Positions 53,908 through 63,392 of a stretch of 64,000 bases of DNA are shown here, piece by piece. This DNA comes from an uncultured Candidatus Sumerlaeota bacterium. GTDB lineage: Bacteria; Sumerlaeota; Sumerlaeia; SLMS01; JAHLLQ01. Position numbers and translations under genes: made by a program. How positions within the stretch are numbered: position 1 is the stretch's first letter; the number at the start of each line of letters is the position of its first letter. The stretch covers positions 119,893-183,892 of the forward strand of contig CAZOKZ010000001.1 of assembly GCA_964580585.1 (NCBI GenBank). The letters are read 5' to 3'. The notes under the pieces are model-generated. The model was given only the letters and a program-made list of their open reading frames with translations, did no database searches and was not told where the DNA came from.

Positions 53908-54786
53908 CTAATCGACAATTTTGTTCAGAGGATACTCAATGATACCGACCGCGCCTGCTTTTTTCAACGCGGGGATCAACTGGCGAACGACTTTTTCTTC
54001 CAGGATTGTTTCCACAGCAACCCAGTCGGGATCGTTGAGTGGGCTGACTGTCGGGCTGGTAATGGAGGGAAGCAGTGACGAAATTTCGTCTAATTTTGTT
54101 TTCGGTGCGTTTAGTTTAATACCGACGCGGCTTTCAGCGGCGATAGCAGCGTTCAGCAACAACGAAATCGCCTCGATCTTTTCGCGTTTCCACGGATCGT
54201 TCCAGGCTTCTTTGTTCGCCACGAACACTGTCCACGATTCCATGATCGTATCGACAACGCGCAGGTTGTTAGCCTTGAGCGACGAACCCGTTTCGGTCAC
54301 CTCGACGATCGCGTCCACCAATTCAGGGACCTTGATTTCCGTCGCGCCCCAACTGAATTCCACATCGGCTTCGACACCGTTTTTCTTCAGATAATCGTTG
54401 GTCAAATTCACCGCTTCGGTTGCGATACGTTTTCCCTGCAAATCCTTAACCGATTGGATCGACGAGGACTGATGCACGGCCAGCACCCAACGTACGGGGC
54501 GACGAGAAACCTTGGAATAAACCAGGTCGCAAACGCGCTGAACGTCGGCGCGGTTATCGTGCACCCAATCGAGACCTGTCAGGCCGCAATCGAAGACGCC
54601 ATCTTCGACGTAACCCGCCATTTCCTGGGCGCGAATCAAGCGCGCCTCGATTTCCGAATCGTCGCATACGGCGCGGTAATCGCGCGCGCCTACGCTGAAA
54701 CTGAAACCCGCCTTGCGAAATAATTCCAAGGTGGCTTGTTGAAGGCTTCCTTTGGGAAGTCCAAGCTGAAGGATTTTGTCAGACAT
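53908..54786 (-). CDS. hisG: ATP phosphoribosyltransferase, long form (HisG)
   Basis: [25 protein letters not shown], the PRPP loop [15 protein letters not shown], and a C-terminal regulatory domain (...[16 protein letters not shown]...[15 protein letters not shown]). Start moved to the ATG at 54786; the 34-aa upstream extension is Pro-rich and not conserved-looking. Confidence 0.9.
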   Translation of the reverse strand: MSDKILQLGLPKGSLQQATLELFRKAGFSFSVGARDYRAVCDDSEIEARLIRAQEMAGYVEDGVFDCGLTGLDWVHDNRADVQRVCDLVYSKVSRRPVRWVLAVHQSSSIQSVKDLQGKRIATEAVNLTNDYLKKNGVEADVEFSWGATEIKVPELVDAIVEVTETGSSLKANNLRVVDTIMESWTVFVANKEAWNDPWKREKIEAISLLLNAAIAAESRVGIKLNAPKTKLDEISSLLPSITSPTVSPLNDPDWVAVETILEEKVVRQLIPALKKAGAVGIIEYPLNKIVD

Positions 54787-55110
54787 TATGCCCTCTAAAC
54801 CTTTGCGAAATTTAAGGATTTCTGGGTGAAAAGGAAAACGGGGGGCCGGTACCCGCGAAATCTTCTGCGGCAGACAATTCGCGGGCACCCAAACCGGGCA
54901 ACCCTTTTGTTTATTTCAGGCTGAAAAGTCCACTTTTTGTCTCCATCCGAGAAAGGGAATTACTGTTTTTCTCCTTCGGAGAAGCCCGCCCTGAACTGAA
55001 TCAATCATAAAACAAATGGAATCAGGTCTCTTGCCTCGAATGTTTCGCCCTGCCCGTTGGCCCGAAACTTTCATTCTTTCACAATACCCCTAACCCCAAA
55101 CCCTCTCCCC

Positions 55111-55140
55111 CATTGCGGTGTCCATCCGGATACCGCAATG
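55111..55140 (-). terminator. Hairpin 9 nt after the adaptor-gene stop, with no U-tract
   Basis: 13-bp stem CATTGCGGTGTCC / GGATACCGCAATG with one G-U pair and loop ATCC. No T-run follows on the minus strand, so terminator function is uncertain. Confidence 0.35.
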
Positions 55141-55148
55141 GTGCTTAT

Positions 55149-56459
55149 TTACGAACCTGAATCCTCGACATTTTCTTCGTCAGGTCGAATCGACGCATCC
55201 ACATCGATTGGGCGAATGGGCGTAGCGTCTTGCAGCACTTCCATTCCGCGAATAATGACTTGGTCGCCCGTCTTGACACCGCTCAACACCTCGATGGCGT
55301 CCTTGCTTTCAAGACCCAATTCAATGGGCACCATTCGCGCCACATGGTAATCTGTATCTACCATTTTTTCCGCAAGAAAAACCACATCCATATTCTGGCG
55401 GCGGGTCACGCCAGCCTTGGGCAAAGCAATCGTGTCGCGGCGACGTTCAGTGATCACTTCGGCCTTTCCGAACATGCCGGGCTTCAGTCGTCCGTCCCCA
55501 TTTTGCAATAAAATATCCACGTCGAATGCCCGCGTGTCTGGGTTCACATTGCTTGCAATGCGCGCCACTTGCCCCTGAGCCTCCACGTCCTCATTCGCGT
55601 ACACCACGATATCGGCTTCACCTCCAAGGTGTACCTTCGCAATGCCTTTGCTGGTAATATCGCAACGCATGAACACCTTCGTGGTATCCACAACGCCGCA
55701 AACCACAAAGGAAGCAGCTACCTGCTGAGTATCGTAATCGGTGATCGCTTCGCTGCCAAAGCCGCGCGTGAACTTCCCCTGTCCTTCGAGCGTTGCACGC
55801 GACACAACGATGCCATCGAACGGCGCACGCAACGTGGTGCGTTCCATTCGGAGTTCGGTTTCCGTCAAACGTGTTTCGGCTTTGGCCAGATTGATCGCGT
55901 TCTGGCGTTGGGAGTTACGCGCGCGGTCGAGTTCCAGCTTCGCCGCATCGACTTCTTTCTCGGCTGCAATGCCCTGCGCGTGCAAATCCTGCAACGTTTC
56001 GTAATCGCGCAAGCGAGCGGCAAGCGTACGTTCGCCGATATCCATGGTTTCCTTCTGAATATCCACATCGGCGCGATTGATCGCCAACTCACTGATCAGC
56101 GAAGCGCTTTCGATACGCGCAATGACATCGCCCTGTTTGATCACATCGCCTTCGCGCCATTCGCGTTCAAAGCGAAGGCGTCCGGCTTCCTCCGTGCGAA
56201 TCGCCTGGCTACGGGCTGGGACAATCGAACCCGTTGCGGCTACCGAGGCTTTTATCTCACCGCGTTCGACCACCTTCACCAACACAGGTGAGAGGAAAAC
56301 TTTTTCTTTTTTGATGTTCTCGTTCTTCGGTTCTTCTTTTTGATCCGCGTTTTGCTCGGTGTTTTCGGACTTGGGCGGTTCGCCCTTTTTACAGCCTCCG
56401 ACTCCGACCCCCACCGCAAGAAGACCAACGAGAAACCATCGACTGAATTGACGTGCCAT
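55149..56459 (-). CDS. Efflux-pump periplasmic adaptor (HlyD/MFP family) lipoprotein
   Basis: Lipobox LAVGVGVGGCKK. A barrel-sandwich lipoyl region (GDVIKQGDVIARIE), a coiled-coil hairpin (...AAKLELDRARNSQRQNAINLAKAETRLTETELRMERTTLRAPFDGIV) and a beta-barrel follow. Start at the ATG at 56459; the ORF's 119-aa upstream extension is Pro/Ser-rich junk. Confidence 0.85.
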   Translation of the reverse strand: MARQFSRWFLVGLLAVGVGVGGCKKGEPPKSENTEQNADQKEEPKNENIKKEKVFLSPVLVKVVERGEIKASVAATGSIVPARSQAIRTEEAGRLRFEREWREGDVIKQGDVIARIESASLISELAINRADVDIQKETMDIGERTLAARLRDYETLQDLHAQGIAAEKEVDAAKLELDRARNSQRQNAINLAKAETRLTETELRMERTTLRAPFDGIVVSRATLEGQGKFTRGFGSEAITDYDTQQVAASFVVCGVVDTTKVFMRCDITSKGIAKVHLGGEADIVVYANEDVEAQGQVARIASNVNPDTRAFDVDILLQNGDGRLKPGMFGKAEVITERRRDTIALPKAGVTRRQNMDVVFLAEKMVDTDYHVARMVPIELGLESKDAIEVLSGVKTGDQVIIRGMEVLQDATPIRPIDVDASIRPDEENVEDSGS

Positions 56460-56934
56460 ATATGGTATGATTCCGAAAGGCAAAAGGCTGGGCCTATGAA
56501 CGGGACCCTCCCCTGCAAGGGCAATGAAAATGCCCGGTTGATGAGAAATTCCACAACGCGCCCGGCTGATCGAACAAGGAGGACCGGGCGCGTTGCTCGG
56601 GAAGTGGGAGGACGGGGCTGGGTGAACCCAACCCCGGTGTGGAAGGACAACCGGGCAGGGGGAAGGGAAAGATGGTTGTACACTTCCACAAATCCAAGGA
56701 TGGCACCTGATCGAAGGAATGTCAATTCCTGCAAAAAACTGTACGAAACCGGACAATTCAGAAGGGGGATAAGGCGGACGGGATTTCCTCCAATCAGCAA
56801 AATCCCCCGATTTCACGGATTTTCCCTAGCGCTCACCAAAGGGAACGGGGAGAACCGTGCTATCGGACTGCTGAGAAAAACGCGATCCGAGAGGGTCGAA
56901 CACGAATAATTTTATCAAGGGAATCCCCCTCTTT

Positions 56935-59900
56935 ATGTCTTTTAATCCGAACGCAGCGCGAACCCCCTACCGGGATTTGGAACGTTTTTTCAAGATCGGG
57001 ATGCTCGTCACCTTGCGCGAAACCATCGCCCCGGATTTGTGGCGCATCTACGACCTTGAAGGCCGAATTGCCACGCTTGAACCCATCTCGCTCGGCGCCA
57101 CACGATGCCAAATGCCTCTCAAGGACCTACGCCGCTATCGGATCAAAACAACGGATGAAGTGTTGCTTAACGAAGACTTGGTTAAAGTCTTGCGTGTCAG
57201 CAATCCACGATCCGACGATCTGTACGAATACACGGTGGCGCACAACGAAATACCACGCACGGTGCGTGAACATGAACTGACGGTTCACGTGGGTTCAGCC
57301 GCGCCCGATCCGCTGGCGTTGCTCAAGAATCTCGACGCGGCGCCTGCCGAAATGGCACTGGCACGAAGCGAGTTGTTGCACGCCTATTTCAAAGCCACTG
57401 CCCGCAGTCTCGGCATCGTGGGATACAATGGCGCGCGCATGCTGCCCATCCCCCACCAGATCAGCGCTGCTCGTTACGTGCTGTTATTCGGACGTCCCCG
57501 ATTTTTACTCGCCGACGAAGTGGGCCTGGGCAAAACGGTGGAAGCAGGACTGATTGTCTCGACGTTGCGAAAATATTTTCCCGATTGGAAAACGGCGTTT
57601 TTTGTTCCCGAATCGCTCACCGTCCAGTGGGCCTTTGAAATGTACGGGAAATTTGGTAAGGCCATTTTCCGTCTGAGTGACGACGAAGAACCGGAAGAAG
57701 GCGAAGACGACCCCGGGGTGATTTTACCCCACGCGCATGCCATTGATTGGGCTCGTCGCGATTCCGCCGAAATCCTGGTTATCGACGAGGCTCACCAGAT
57801 TCTCAAAGACCCCGCCCAATACGAATCGCTGATGACCTTGAGTCGCAAGGCGCACGCGGTACTGCTTCTGACCGCTACGCCAAGTTCCGACGACGGGCGC
57901 AATCTGGTGAAGCTATTACAATTGGCCGACCCGGATCATTTTGCGCAGTTCGAGCGTCAGGAATCGTTGGAAATTTTCTTCGACAAACAGTCAGATGTCG
58001 AAGCCTTGCTGCATGATTTACGCGTTCCAGGCAAAGATGGCAGCGAAATTATGGAACGCTGGGAAAAACTCGGCATCGAGGACGAAGAGCTGACCGCGCG
58101 GTTCCTTTCGCTCAAGGTGGACCCCTCCGACCTCGCCGTGCGACACAAACTGGCGGCGCTTGTCACGGATCGTTACTACCCCCGCGCACGGATTCTGCGC
58201 TACCAACGTAAATTTCTAGCCATGGACAACGAAATGGCCGAGCGCATTGAAGAGCCGATCGAATATCGCCCGACCAAAGACGAAACGCGCGTTCGCAAAC
58301 TTGCAGCCGCGTGGCTGGAACTCCTCAAAAAAAGCGGACATCACCAAATGCCCGCGTTCCAGGATGTGGCACGCGTGTTAATTCAAGCCGTGCACAGTTC
58401 ACCATTGGCATTTGAAAAATGGTTGGAAGCGCGCCTGGGTAAAATGCCCCATGTCGAAGGTGTTTCCGCCGACCCGGTGCGTCGCTATCGTTCGCTGATT
58501 GAAACAGCCGAAAGATTGGAAAACGAAGACGATCTGCTGGACGAAATGCAGTTCGCCGCCACCGATTGGGTTCGTTCGACGAAAGCCGTGGATATGAAGG
58601 GCCGCGCAATGGCGCGATTGCCCCGATACGAAATGTTGTTGCGCCAAATCAAGTCGCTCGTCAGCGACGACGAGGAACCACACCGCGTATTGATTTTCAC
58701 CAGCTTTGAATGCAATGTCCGCCCACTGTATTTGTTGTTGAACAAGGCACTCGGTGAAGACGTTGAAGTTTTCTACATCAGCGCCGAACTCGAATGGCGC
58801 GAGCGCGAGAAAAACGCCTTTGCATTCCAGGAATGTCCTGGCCCGTGCGTGTTAATTTCCGACGATCTCGGCGGCGAGGGACGCAACTTTCAGTTTGTTA
58901 ATTCGATCTTTCATTTCGACCTGCCGCTGGCCGCGTGGATCGTTGAACAACGCGTGGGGCGACTTGATCGCGTTGGACGTGAAGCCGACCTCGATGTCGA
59001 TTCGCAAATCCTGGTCGCTCCGGGAGAGTTAGACGAAGCGATCTATGAATTCCAACGCGATGCGGTAAACGTTTTCAACGAATCCCTGGCGCCTGTTGAG
59101 GACTTGATCGAAAATGTTACGCGTCGCATGTTGATTGCATGTATCGAAGGGGGCAGCGACGCGATTCGCGACCTGATCGACGAAGTACACGAGGAAGTCG
59201 AAAAACGACGCGAAAAAGAAGTACGCGGTTTGATGCGCCGTAGCGATACGGGCGTCGAGGACGTCAAGCGACTCGTGCCGCAACTCAACGACACGGACGA
59301 ACTGAAGCGCCTGGCCCAAGCGTCGATCAACTACACGCGCCTGCTCGGTTCTGTAGTCGATCAAACGCGTTCAAAATACACGATCACCATTGGCTCGCAT
59401 CACCCGCTGACGGCGTTTGTGGGAATTTTGTCCGAGATGCAAGGCCACTTCGACCGCATTGAAGCCGTGCGACACGAACGGATGGAATTTTTCTCGCCTG
59501 GACATCCATTCGTACGCTCGCTGACACGCGGCGCGCTCCAGGAAAGCGGCGACCGCGTGGCGTTTCTTTCACGCACGGGCATCGAAAACCCGGCGTTCGT
59601 TTTTCATTGTCGTATATTCCTGCCCCAGACCTTCCTCGAAGCCATTCGCGAATTGCCCGAAGATATCCAGCCATCGCTGCTTTGTTCCGCAGCGGGAAAC
59701 TTCGGCACCAGCATGATCCATGTGGTCACTGATTTCGATGGCAACCCGATTGACGATGCGGATGTTTACATCAAAGGTTTCCAACGCTCTGACAATTCTC
59801 TGGATTTCGGACGTGAAATCTACGACTACCTGCCCACGAATTGGGAAACTGTTTGTGAATCGGGTTGGGAACACGCGCTTGAAGTCACCCGTCAGAAAGC

Positions 59901-60075
59901 CTCGGAATACCTGCGCGAGGGTCTCCCCCGATTTGAAGGGGTTGCGGGCGAAGTACTCACGCGGCATTTCGGTGCCGATTTCCCCGTCGAAACGAAAATC
60001 GACACCATGCTGTTTGAACTCGATCCACTGAGCATCGAAATCGATGCCGTGACCGTGATCTTCCCAGCGCGATGA
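56935..60075 (+). CDS. rapA: RNA polymerase-associated SNF2 ATPase RapA (HepA) homolog
   Basis: Runs collinear with E. coli RapA as I remember it: LPIPHQISAARYV...RPRFLLADEVGLGKTVEAGLIV, VPESLTVQWAFEM, LVIDEAHQIL, LLLTATPSSDD...LLQLADPDHFAQF, DDLGGEGRNFQF...FDLPLAAWIVEQRVGRLDRVGR. Confidence 0.87.
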   Translation: MSFNPNAARTPYRDLERFFKIGMLVTLRETIAPDLWRIYDLEGRIATLEPISLGATRCQMPLKDLRRYRIKTTDEVLLNEDLVKVLRVSNPRSDDLYEYTVAHNEIPRTVREHELTVHVGSAAPDPLALLKNLDAAPAEMALARSELLHAYFKATARSLGIVGYNGARMLPIPHQISAARYVLLFGRPRFLLADEVGLGKTVEAGLIVSTLRKYFPDWKTAFFVPESLTVQWAFEMYGKFGKAIFRLSDDEEPEEGEDDPGVILPHAHAIDWARRDSAEILVIDEAHQILKDPAQYESLMTLSRKAHAVLLLTATPSSDDGRNLVKLLQLADPDHFAQFERQESLEIFFDKQSDVEALLHDLRVPGKDGSEIMERWEKLGIEDEELTARFLSLKVDPSDLAVRHKLAALVTDRYYPRARILRYQRKFLAMDNEMAERIEEPIEYRPTKDETRVRKLAAAWLELLKKSGHHQMPAFQDVARVLIQAVHSSPLAFEKWLEARLGKMPHVEGVSADPVRRYRSLIETAERLENEDDLLDEMQFAATDWVRSTKAVDMKGRAMARLPRYEMLLRQIKSLVSDDEEPHRVLIFTSFECNVRPLYLLLNKALGEDVEVFYISAELEWREREKNAFAFQECPGPCVLISDDLGGEGRNFQFVNSIFHFDLPLAAWIVEQRVGRLDRVGREADLDVDSQILVAPGELDEAIYEFQRDAVNVFNESLAPVEDLIENVTRRMLIACIEGGSDAIRDLIDEVHEEVEKRREKEVRGLMRRSDTGVEDVKRLVPQLNDTDELKRLAQASINYTRLLGSVVDQTRSKYTITIGSHHPLTAFVGILSEMQGHFDRIEAVRHERMEFFSPGHPFVRSLTRGALQESGDRVAFLSRTGIENPAFVFHCRIFLPQTFLEAIRELPEDIQPSLLCSAAGNFGTSMIHVVTDFDGNPIDDADVYIKGFQRSDNSLDFGREIYDYLPTNWETVCESGWEHALEVTRQKASEYLREGLPRFEGVAGEVLTRHFGADFPVETKIDTMLFELDPLSIEIDAVTVIFPAR

Positions 60076-60094
60076 GAAAATAAAAGCTGAACCT

Positions 60095-60190
60095 CGAAGG
60101 CACAAAGACACAAAGGAACGCAAAGAGTTCATCTCGAAATCAGCGTCTTCTCAATTGATCGTGAATCTTCGTGCCTTCGTGTCTTCGTGG
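60095..60190. repeat. Two oppositely oriented arrays of degenerate 8-mers between rapA and the next ORF
   Basis: 60095-60126 reads CGAAGGCA CAAAGACA CAAAGGAA CGCAAAGA. 60167-60190 reads CTTCGTGC CTTCGTGT CTTCGTGG, the reverse-complement type. CGAAGGCAC and GTGCCTTCG are perfectly complementary. Confidence 0.45.
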
Positions 60191-60223
60191 TGAAATTCTA
60201 ATCTTTTCTCTCAGGGTAATGGC

Positions 60224-60907
60224 ATGGCTGACGGGATGATCGAATTTCCGCTTTGGATCGAACAAAGCGGGTTGCCGCTGCACTTGAACGAGACGACGAA
60301 ATCGCCGCTCGCGTGGCTGGTGTTTCGCAAAATCGTGGAGCTCGACATCGCCACCAATCGCACGCCGGGGACGGTGGAAATTTCGCTCGGAGAATTGGGA
60401 ACGCTGGTGGGGCTCGACGCGAAAAAAACCGAAGCCACGCTGAAAAAGCTTCGTAAAGGCGGCGTTTTGCGCAGTTTCCTGCCTGACAACGACGAGGAGC
60501 CCGCACTCTTCCAAGTCATCGCTCCTCTGCCCACGCCTGTGCCGTGGGAAACCGTACGCGAGCAAAACCCGACGCTCTTCAAATTGCCCGACCACGCGTT
60601 TCGCTATGCTACGGGGACGGAGGAAGCCCCGCCCGAAAAACCGGGGACGGAGGTCCAGGACCCAAAACTCCGCGAAGTGGTCGATTTGTATTTCAGCACC
60701 GTTTCGATGAAAATGAACGCCTTCATTTTCGACGAACTGCGCCTGATCGCCGCGCGATTCGACCTGCCGCTGATCCGCAAAGTCTTTGCCCGCGCCCGCC
60801 AGAAGGAAGTGCAAACCCTCGGCTGGATTTTGAAAGAAATCCGCCGCGAGCAGGTCGTAAAAAAACAAGGCGCCGAGAGTAAAGTACACGACCTTTACCA
60901 CGAATAA
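60224..60907 (+). CDS. Hypothetical protein with an N-terminal wHTH-like region and a DnaD/DnaB_2-like C-terminal region
   Basis: 227 aa with balanced composition, preferred over the Arg/Phe-rich antisense ORF. The N-terminal LAWLVFRKIVELD...ISLGELGTLVGLDAKKTEATLKKLRKGGVL looks like a wHTH. The C-terminal VVDLYF...FIFDELRLIAARFDLPLIRKVFARARQKEVQTLGWILKEIRRE resembles the DnaD C-terminal helix pattern. The function is an inference. Confidence 0.5.
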   Translation: MADGMIEFPLWIEQSGLPLHLNETTKSPLAWLVFRKIVELDIATNRTPGTVEISLGELGTLVGLDAKKTEATLKKLRKGGVLRSFLPDNDEEPALFQVIAPLPTPVPWETVREQNPTLFKLPDHAFRYATGTEEAPPEKPGTEVQDPKLREVVDLYFSTVSMKMNAFIFDELRLIAARFDLPLIRKVFARARQKEVQTLGWILKEIRREQVVKKQGAESKVHDLYHE

Positions 60908-60910
60908 TGA

Positions 60911-63157
60911 TCAATCGAGCCGCGCGACTTCCGTCAACGGCGTAAAACCTTCGTCCGATTCGTTCGTCAGCAAAAAATACGTATCGCCACGATATTCCAT
61001 GGTCGTTTCGACAAACAATTCAATTTCAGGCACCTTCAAAAAATCTTCCAGGTTATCGCCTGCGACCAGCACATTGATCTGGTCGCTGGATGTTAACAAT
61101 CGCCGCAACTTTCCGAAACCCAATTTTTCTTCGTCATAATATTCGAACGGCTCGTCCAGATAGAACATCAATCTCAGGTCATCGTCTTCATACAAAACCA
61201 AATGATCGTTCGCATCCACCGCATCGCCCACCAGCATTGCGATCGGTTTGGCGGACTTACGTTTTTCCCTGATAACGGTTCCAAGACTGGTGTACAAAAC
61301 CATCGAACAAAACAACAATGCGGTGACCGCCAAATACACGCGTCCGTACCGCAAACCCATCACGCGCCCCCAGAATTGGCGGCCTTGATAACGGTCGGCG
61401 TGTTTATCTGCTGCAATAACCGAATCCAGGAATTGCCTCCAAATGCCTTTTGCCAGGATCAAACACGCCCAAGGCATCATTGGCAGTAAATAATAATCCT
61501 GTTTGTTGGGCAAAAACGATAAAACCGCCAGCGTGACGAGGATGATGCACCAGGAAAATCCAAGCCATTCGGGGAACGCTTGCCGTGGTGGACGATTACG
61601 TTGGCGTCCCCAGAACCAGAGGAGAAAAGGAATCAGAATCGACCAGGGAAGCAGGCTCAGCACGACTTCGTATAAATAATAATACCAGGGTCGAAGGTCG
61701 CTGAACAGGCTCGCAAAACGCCTACTTGCTGTGGAGAAAATAATCGGTTCGATGGCATCGAATCCGTAAAGGCGGCCAACGATACATGACCAAAGGACAA
61801 GGGGTAAAATCGCAATCGCCATCCCCCGGAACATCCGTAGGTTTTTCCAGGCCAAATTCTCCGAGTGACGATAAATCCAGATAAACAAACACAGTGGTAA
61901 AATACCGATCAGGAAAGACGTCCCACCTCCCGTAATCGACGCTAACCCCAATGCGCCCCAACACACCAGCCAGGTCCGCCATCGAAATGCTTCTTTGATC
62001 AGCGCAAAAGCCGCCCCCCAGGATACTGTCAATAACGCCGCCACCAACATTTCAGCGTTTGCCTCGCCGGACATTTCCCAAAACTCGTAGGTAGTAGCCA
62101 GGATCGTTACGGCCAACACGCCAACCTCTCTGTTTATCCATCGGCGTCCGAATAGATAGATCGCCCCCAAGGCTCCAAAAGCCGCCAACAGCGACGACAA
62201 CTGCATCGTCATGTCGGAAACGCCCCCAAAAACAGTGGAGATCGCCCCGATTAACCAGAAAAACAGTGGTGGTTTGCCGACGGGAATCTGGTCGTAAACA
62301 ACCGGCAACCAGTAATTACCTTCCAACACGCTACGAGCCCCCAACGCATAGAACGCTTCGTTTTCCACCAGCATCGTTTGCGTACCGGTTCCCAGCAGAT
62401 AAACGATGGCTAATATTAAAAACAAAACGAAGGGCATGGATAACCGCGGCGTGTTGCGAATGGAAATTTCAGGAACAGGAGTCGAAACAGCACGGTCGCT
62501 GAATTCCTTTTTTTCGGCAAGCACATACACACGGTCGGAAAATTCGCCAATTGGCTCGATACGCAATGGAACCAGCTCGGCTTGGGCAAGCTCCTTCAGT
62601 ATCTGGTAGTGTGAGCATCCGACCTTGGCCATGTGCTCGGGACGTTCCGGGCGCCCCGCCTCCAAGTCGCGCGTTTTATTGATGTGCCCTTTCAATGTTT
62701 CCGTGGTTTTGTACTGAACCAGCACATAGCGCCGTGTGCCTGCCGCCAACGAACGCAGCAATTCGACCCGCTTGTCTTCATTGAAATAATAAATGAACCG
62801 CACCGAAGCGATGAGGTCGGGCTGCTCGGCCTGCGAATCGCCGATCTTGAACGCATCGGCGTGCCCCACCGATCCTTCGAGGCCCAATTCGCCGTGAAAT
62901 TTTTGCGACGCCTCGACCATCTGTTCCGAAAAATCGTACCCCAACACCCGGTAGCCACGCGATTGCCAGTAAGGAAAAAGCCGCCCGGGACCCGTGGGCA
63001 CGTCGCAGATCGTTTCGACATCCGCTAGATTCGCCAGACAGCTATCCAGGCAACGACGTTCGAAATGAACCTTAAACGTATTCGAAAGCGTGGCACGATG
63101 GCGCATCTTCATGTAACCATCGGGATCGCGAAAAACCGGATACTTGTCGTGACTCAA
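60911..63157 (-). CDS. Fusion of an N-terminal class I methyltransferase and a C-terminal GT-C (family 39/83, ArnT/PMT_2-like) membrane glycosyltransferase
   Basis: Residues 1-215 or so form the methyltransferase fold (ICDVPTGPGRLFPYWQSRGYRVLGYDFSEQMV...LIASVRFIYYF). A polytopic domain follows with the ArnT/PMT_2 hallmark VGKPPLFFWLIG and roughly 11 more helices. The C-terminus is soluble. Confidence 0.78.
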   Translation of the reverse strand: MSHDKYPVFRDPDGYMKMRHRATLSNTFKVHFERRCLDSCLANLADVETICDVPTGPGRLFPYWQSRGYRVLGYDFSEQMVEASQKFHGELGLEGSVGHADAFKIGDSQAEQPDLIASVRFIYYFNEDKRVELLRSLAAGTRRYVLVQYKTTETLKGHINKTRDLEAGRPERPEHMAKVGCSHYQILKELAQAELVPLRIEPIGEFSDRVYVLAEKKEFSDRAVSTPVPEISIRNTPRLSMPFVLFLILAIVYLLGTGTQTMLVENEAFYALGARSVLEGNYWLPVVYDQIPVGKPPLFFWLIGAISTVFGGVSDMTMQLSSLLAAFGALGAIYLFGRRWINREVGVLAVTILATTYEFWEMSGEANAEMLVAALLTVSWGAAFALIKEAFRWRTWLVCWGALGLASITGGGTSFLIGILPLCLFIWIYRHSENLAWKNLRMFRGMAIAILPLVLWSCIVGRLYGFDAIEPIIFSTASRRFASLFSDLRPWYYYLYEVVLSLLPWSILIPFLLWFWGRQRNRPPRQAFPEWLGFSWCIILVTLAVLSFLPNKQDYYLLPMMPWACLILAKGIWRQFLDSVIAADKHADRYQGRQFWGRVMGLRYGRVYLAVTALLFCSMVLYTSLGTVIREKRKSAKPIAMLVGDAVDANDHLVLYEDDDLRLMFYLDEPFEYYDEEKLGFGKLRRLLTSSDQINVLVAGDNLEDFLKVPEIELFVETTMEYRGDTYFLLTNESDEGFTPLTEVARLD

Positions 63158-63392
63158 CAGTTATGGTTCCTTTTCATTCGGGTTCGGCTAGGCTGAGTTG
63201 TCCCCCGGCGCAATTCGTGGGCCAGAGAGAAAGCATAAAACTTTCGGCCAAATCGTCCTCCAACCATTCGGGCAATGCAATGTTTTCAGACTCGCCATGT
63301 CCGAATTTGGTCAGAATTTCATACCTCAAGCCGATTCAAACAAATCCGATTTGGATTTTCCCTTGCAGAGTGTCGAGTAAAACAAGGAATTC

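Noticed and set aside
56460-56816. The 119-aa N-terminal extension of the adaptor ORF, which is 555 aa as listed in the ORF track.
   Set aside because: The extension is Pro/Ser/Gly-rich with no structure. The internal ATG at 56459 gives a textbook lipoprotein signal (LAVGVGVGGC).
56935-60075. The SNF2 helicase as part of a defence system of the DISARM or BREX type.
   Set aside because: The sequence runs collinear with RapA/HepA through the diagnostic segments (IPHQ...LLADEVGLGKT, LLLTATP...L.LLDP..F, GEGRNFQF...FDLP...EQRIGRLDR). There is no adjacent DUF1998, PLD, methylase or protease partner. It is a housekeeping RNA polymerase recycling factor.
60140-60901. 253-aa minus-strand ORF that fully overlaps the 60224-60907 + strand ORF.
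   Set aside because: Its Arg/Phe/Gln-rich composition (for example RPRFFGRGFLRPRS and RERRFRRLVQVQRQ) is typical of an antisense frame. The + strand product has balanced composition and recognisable helix patterns.
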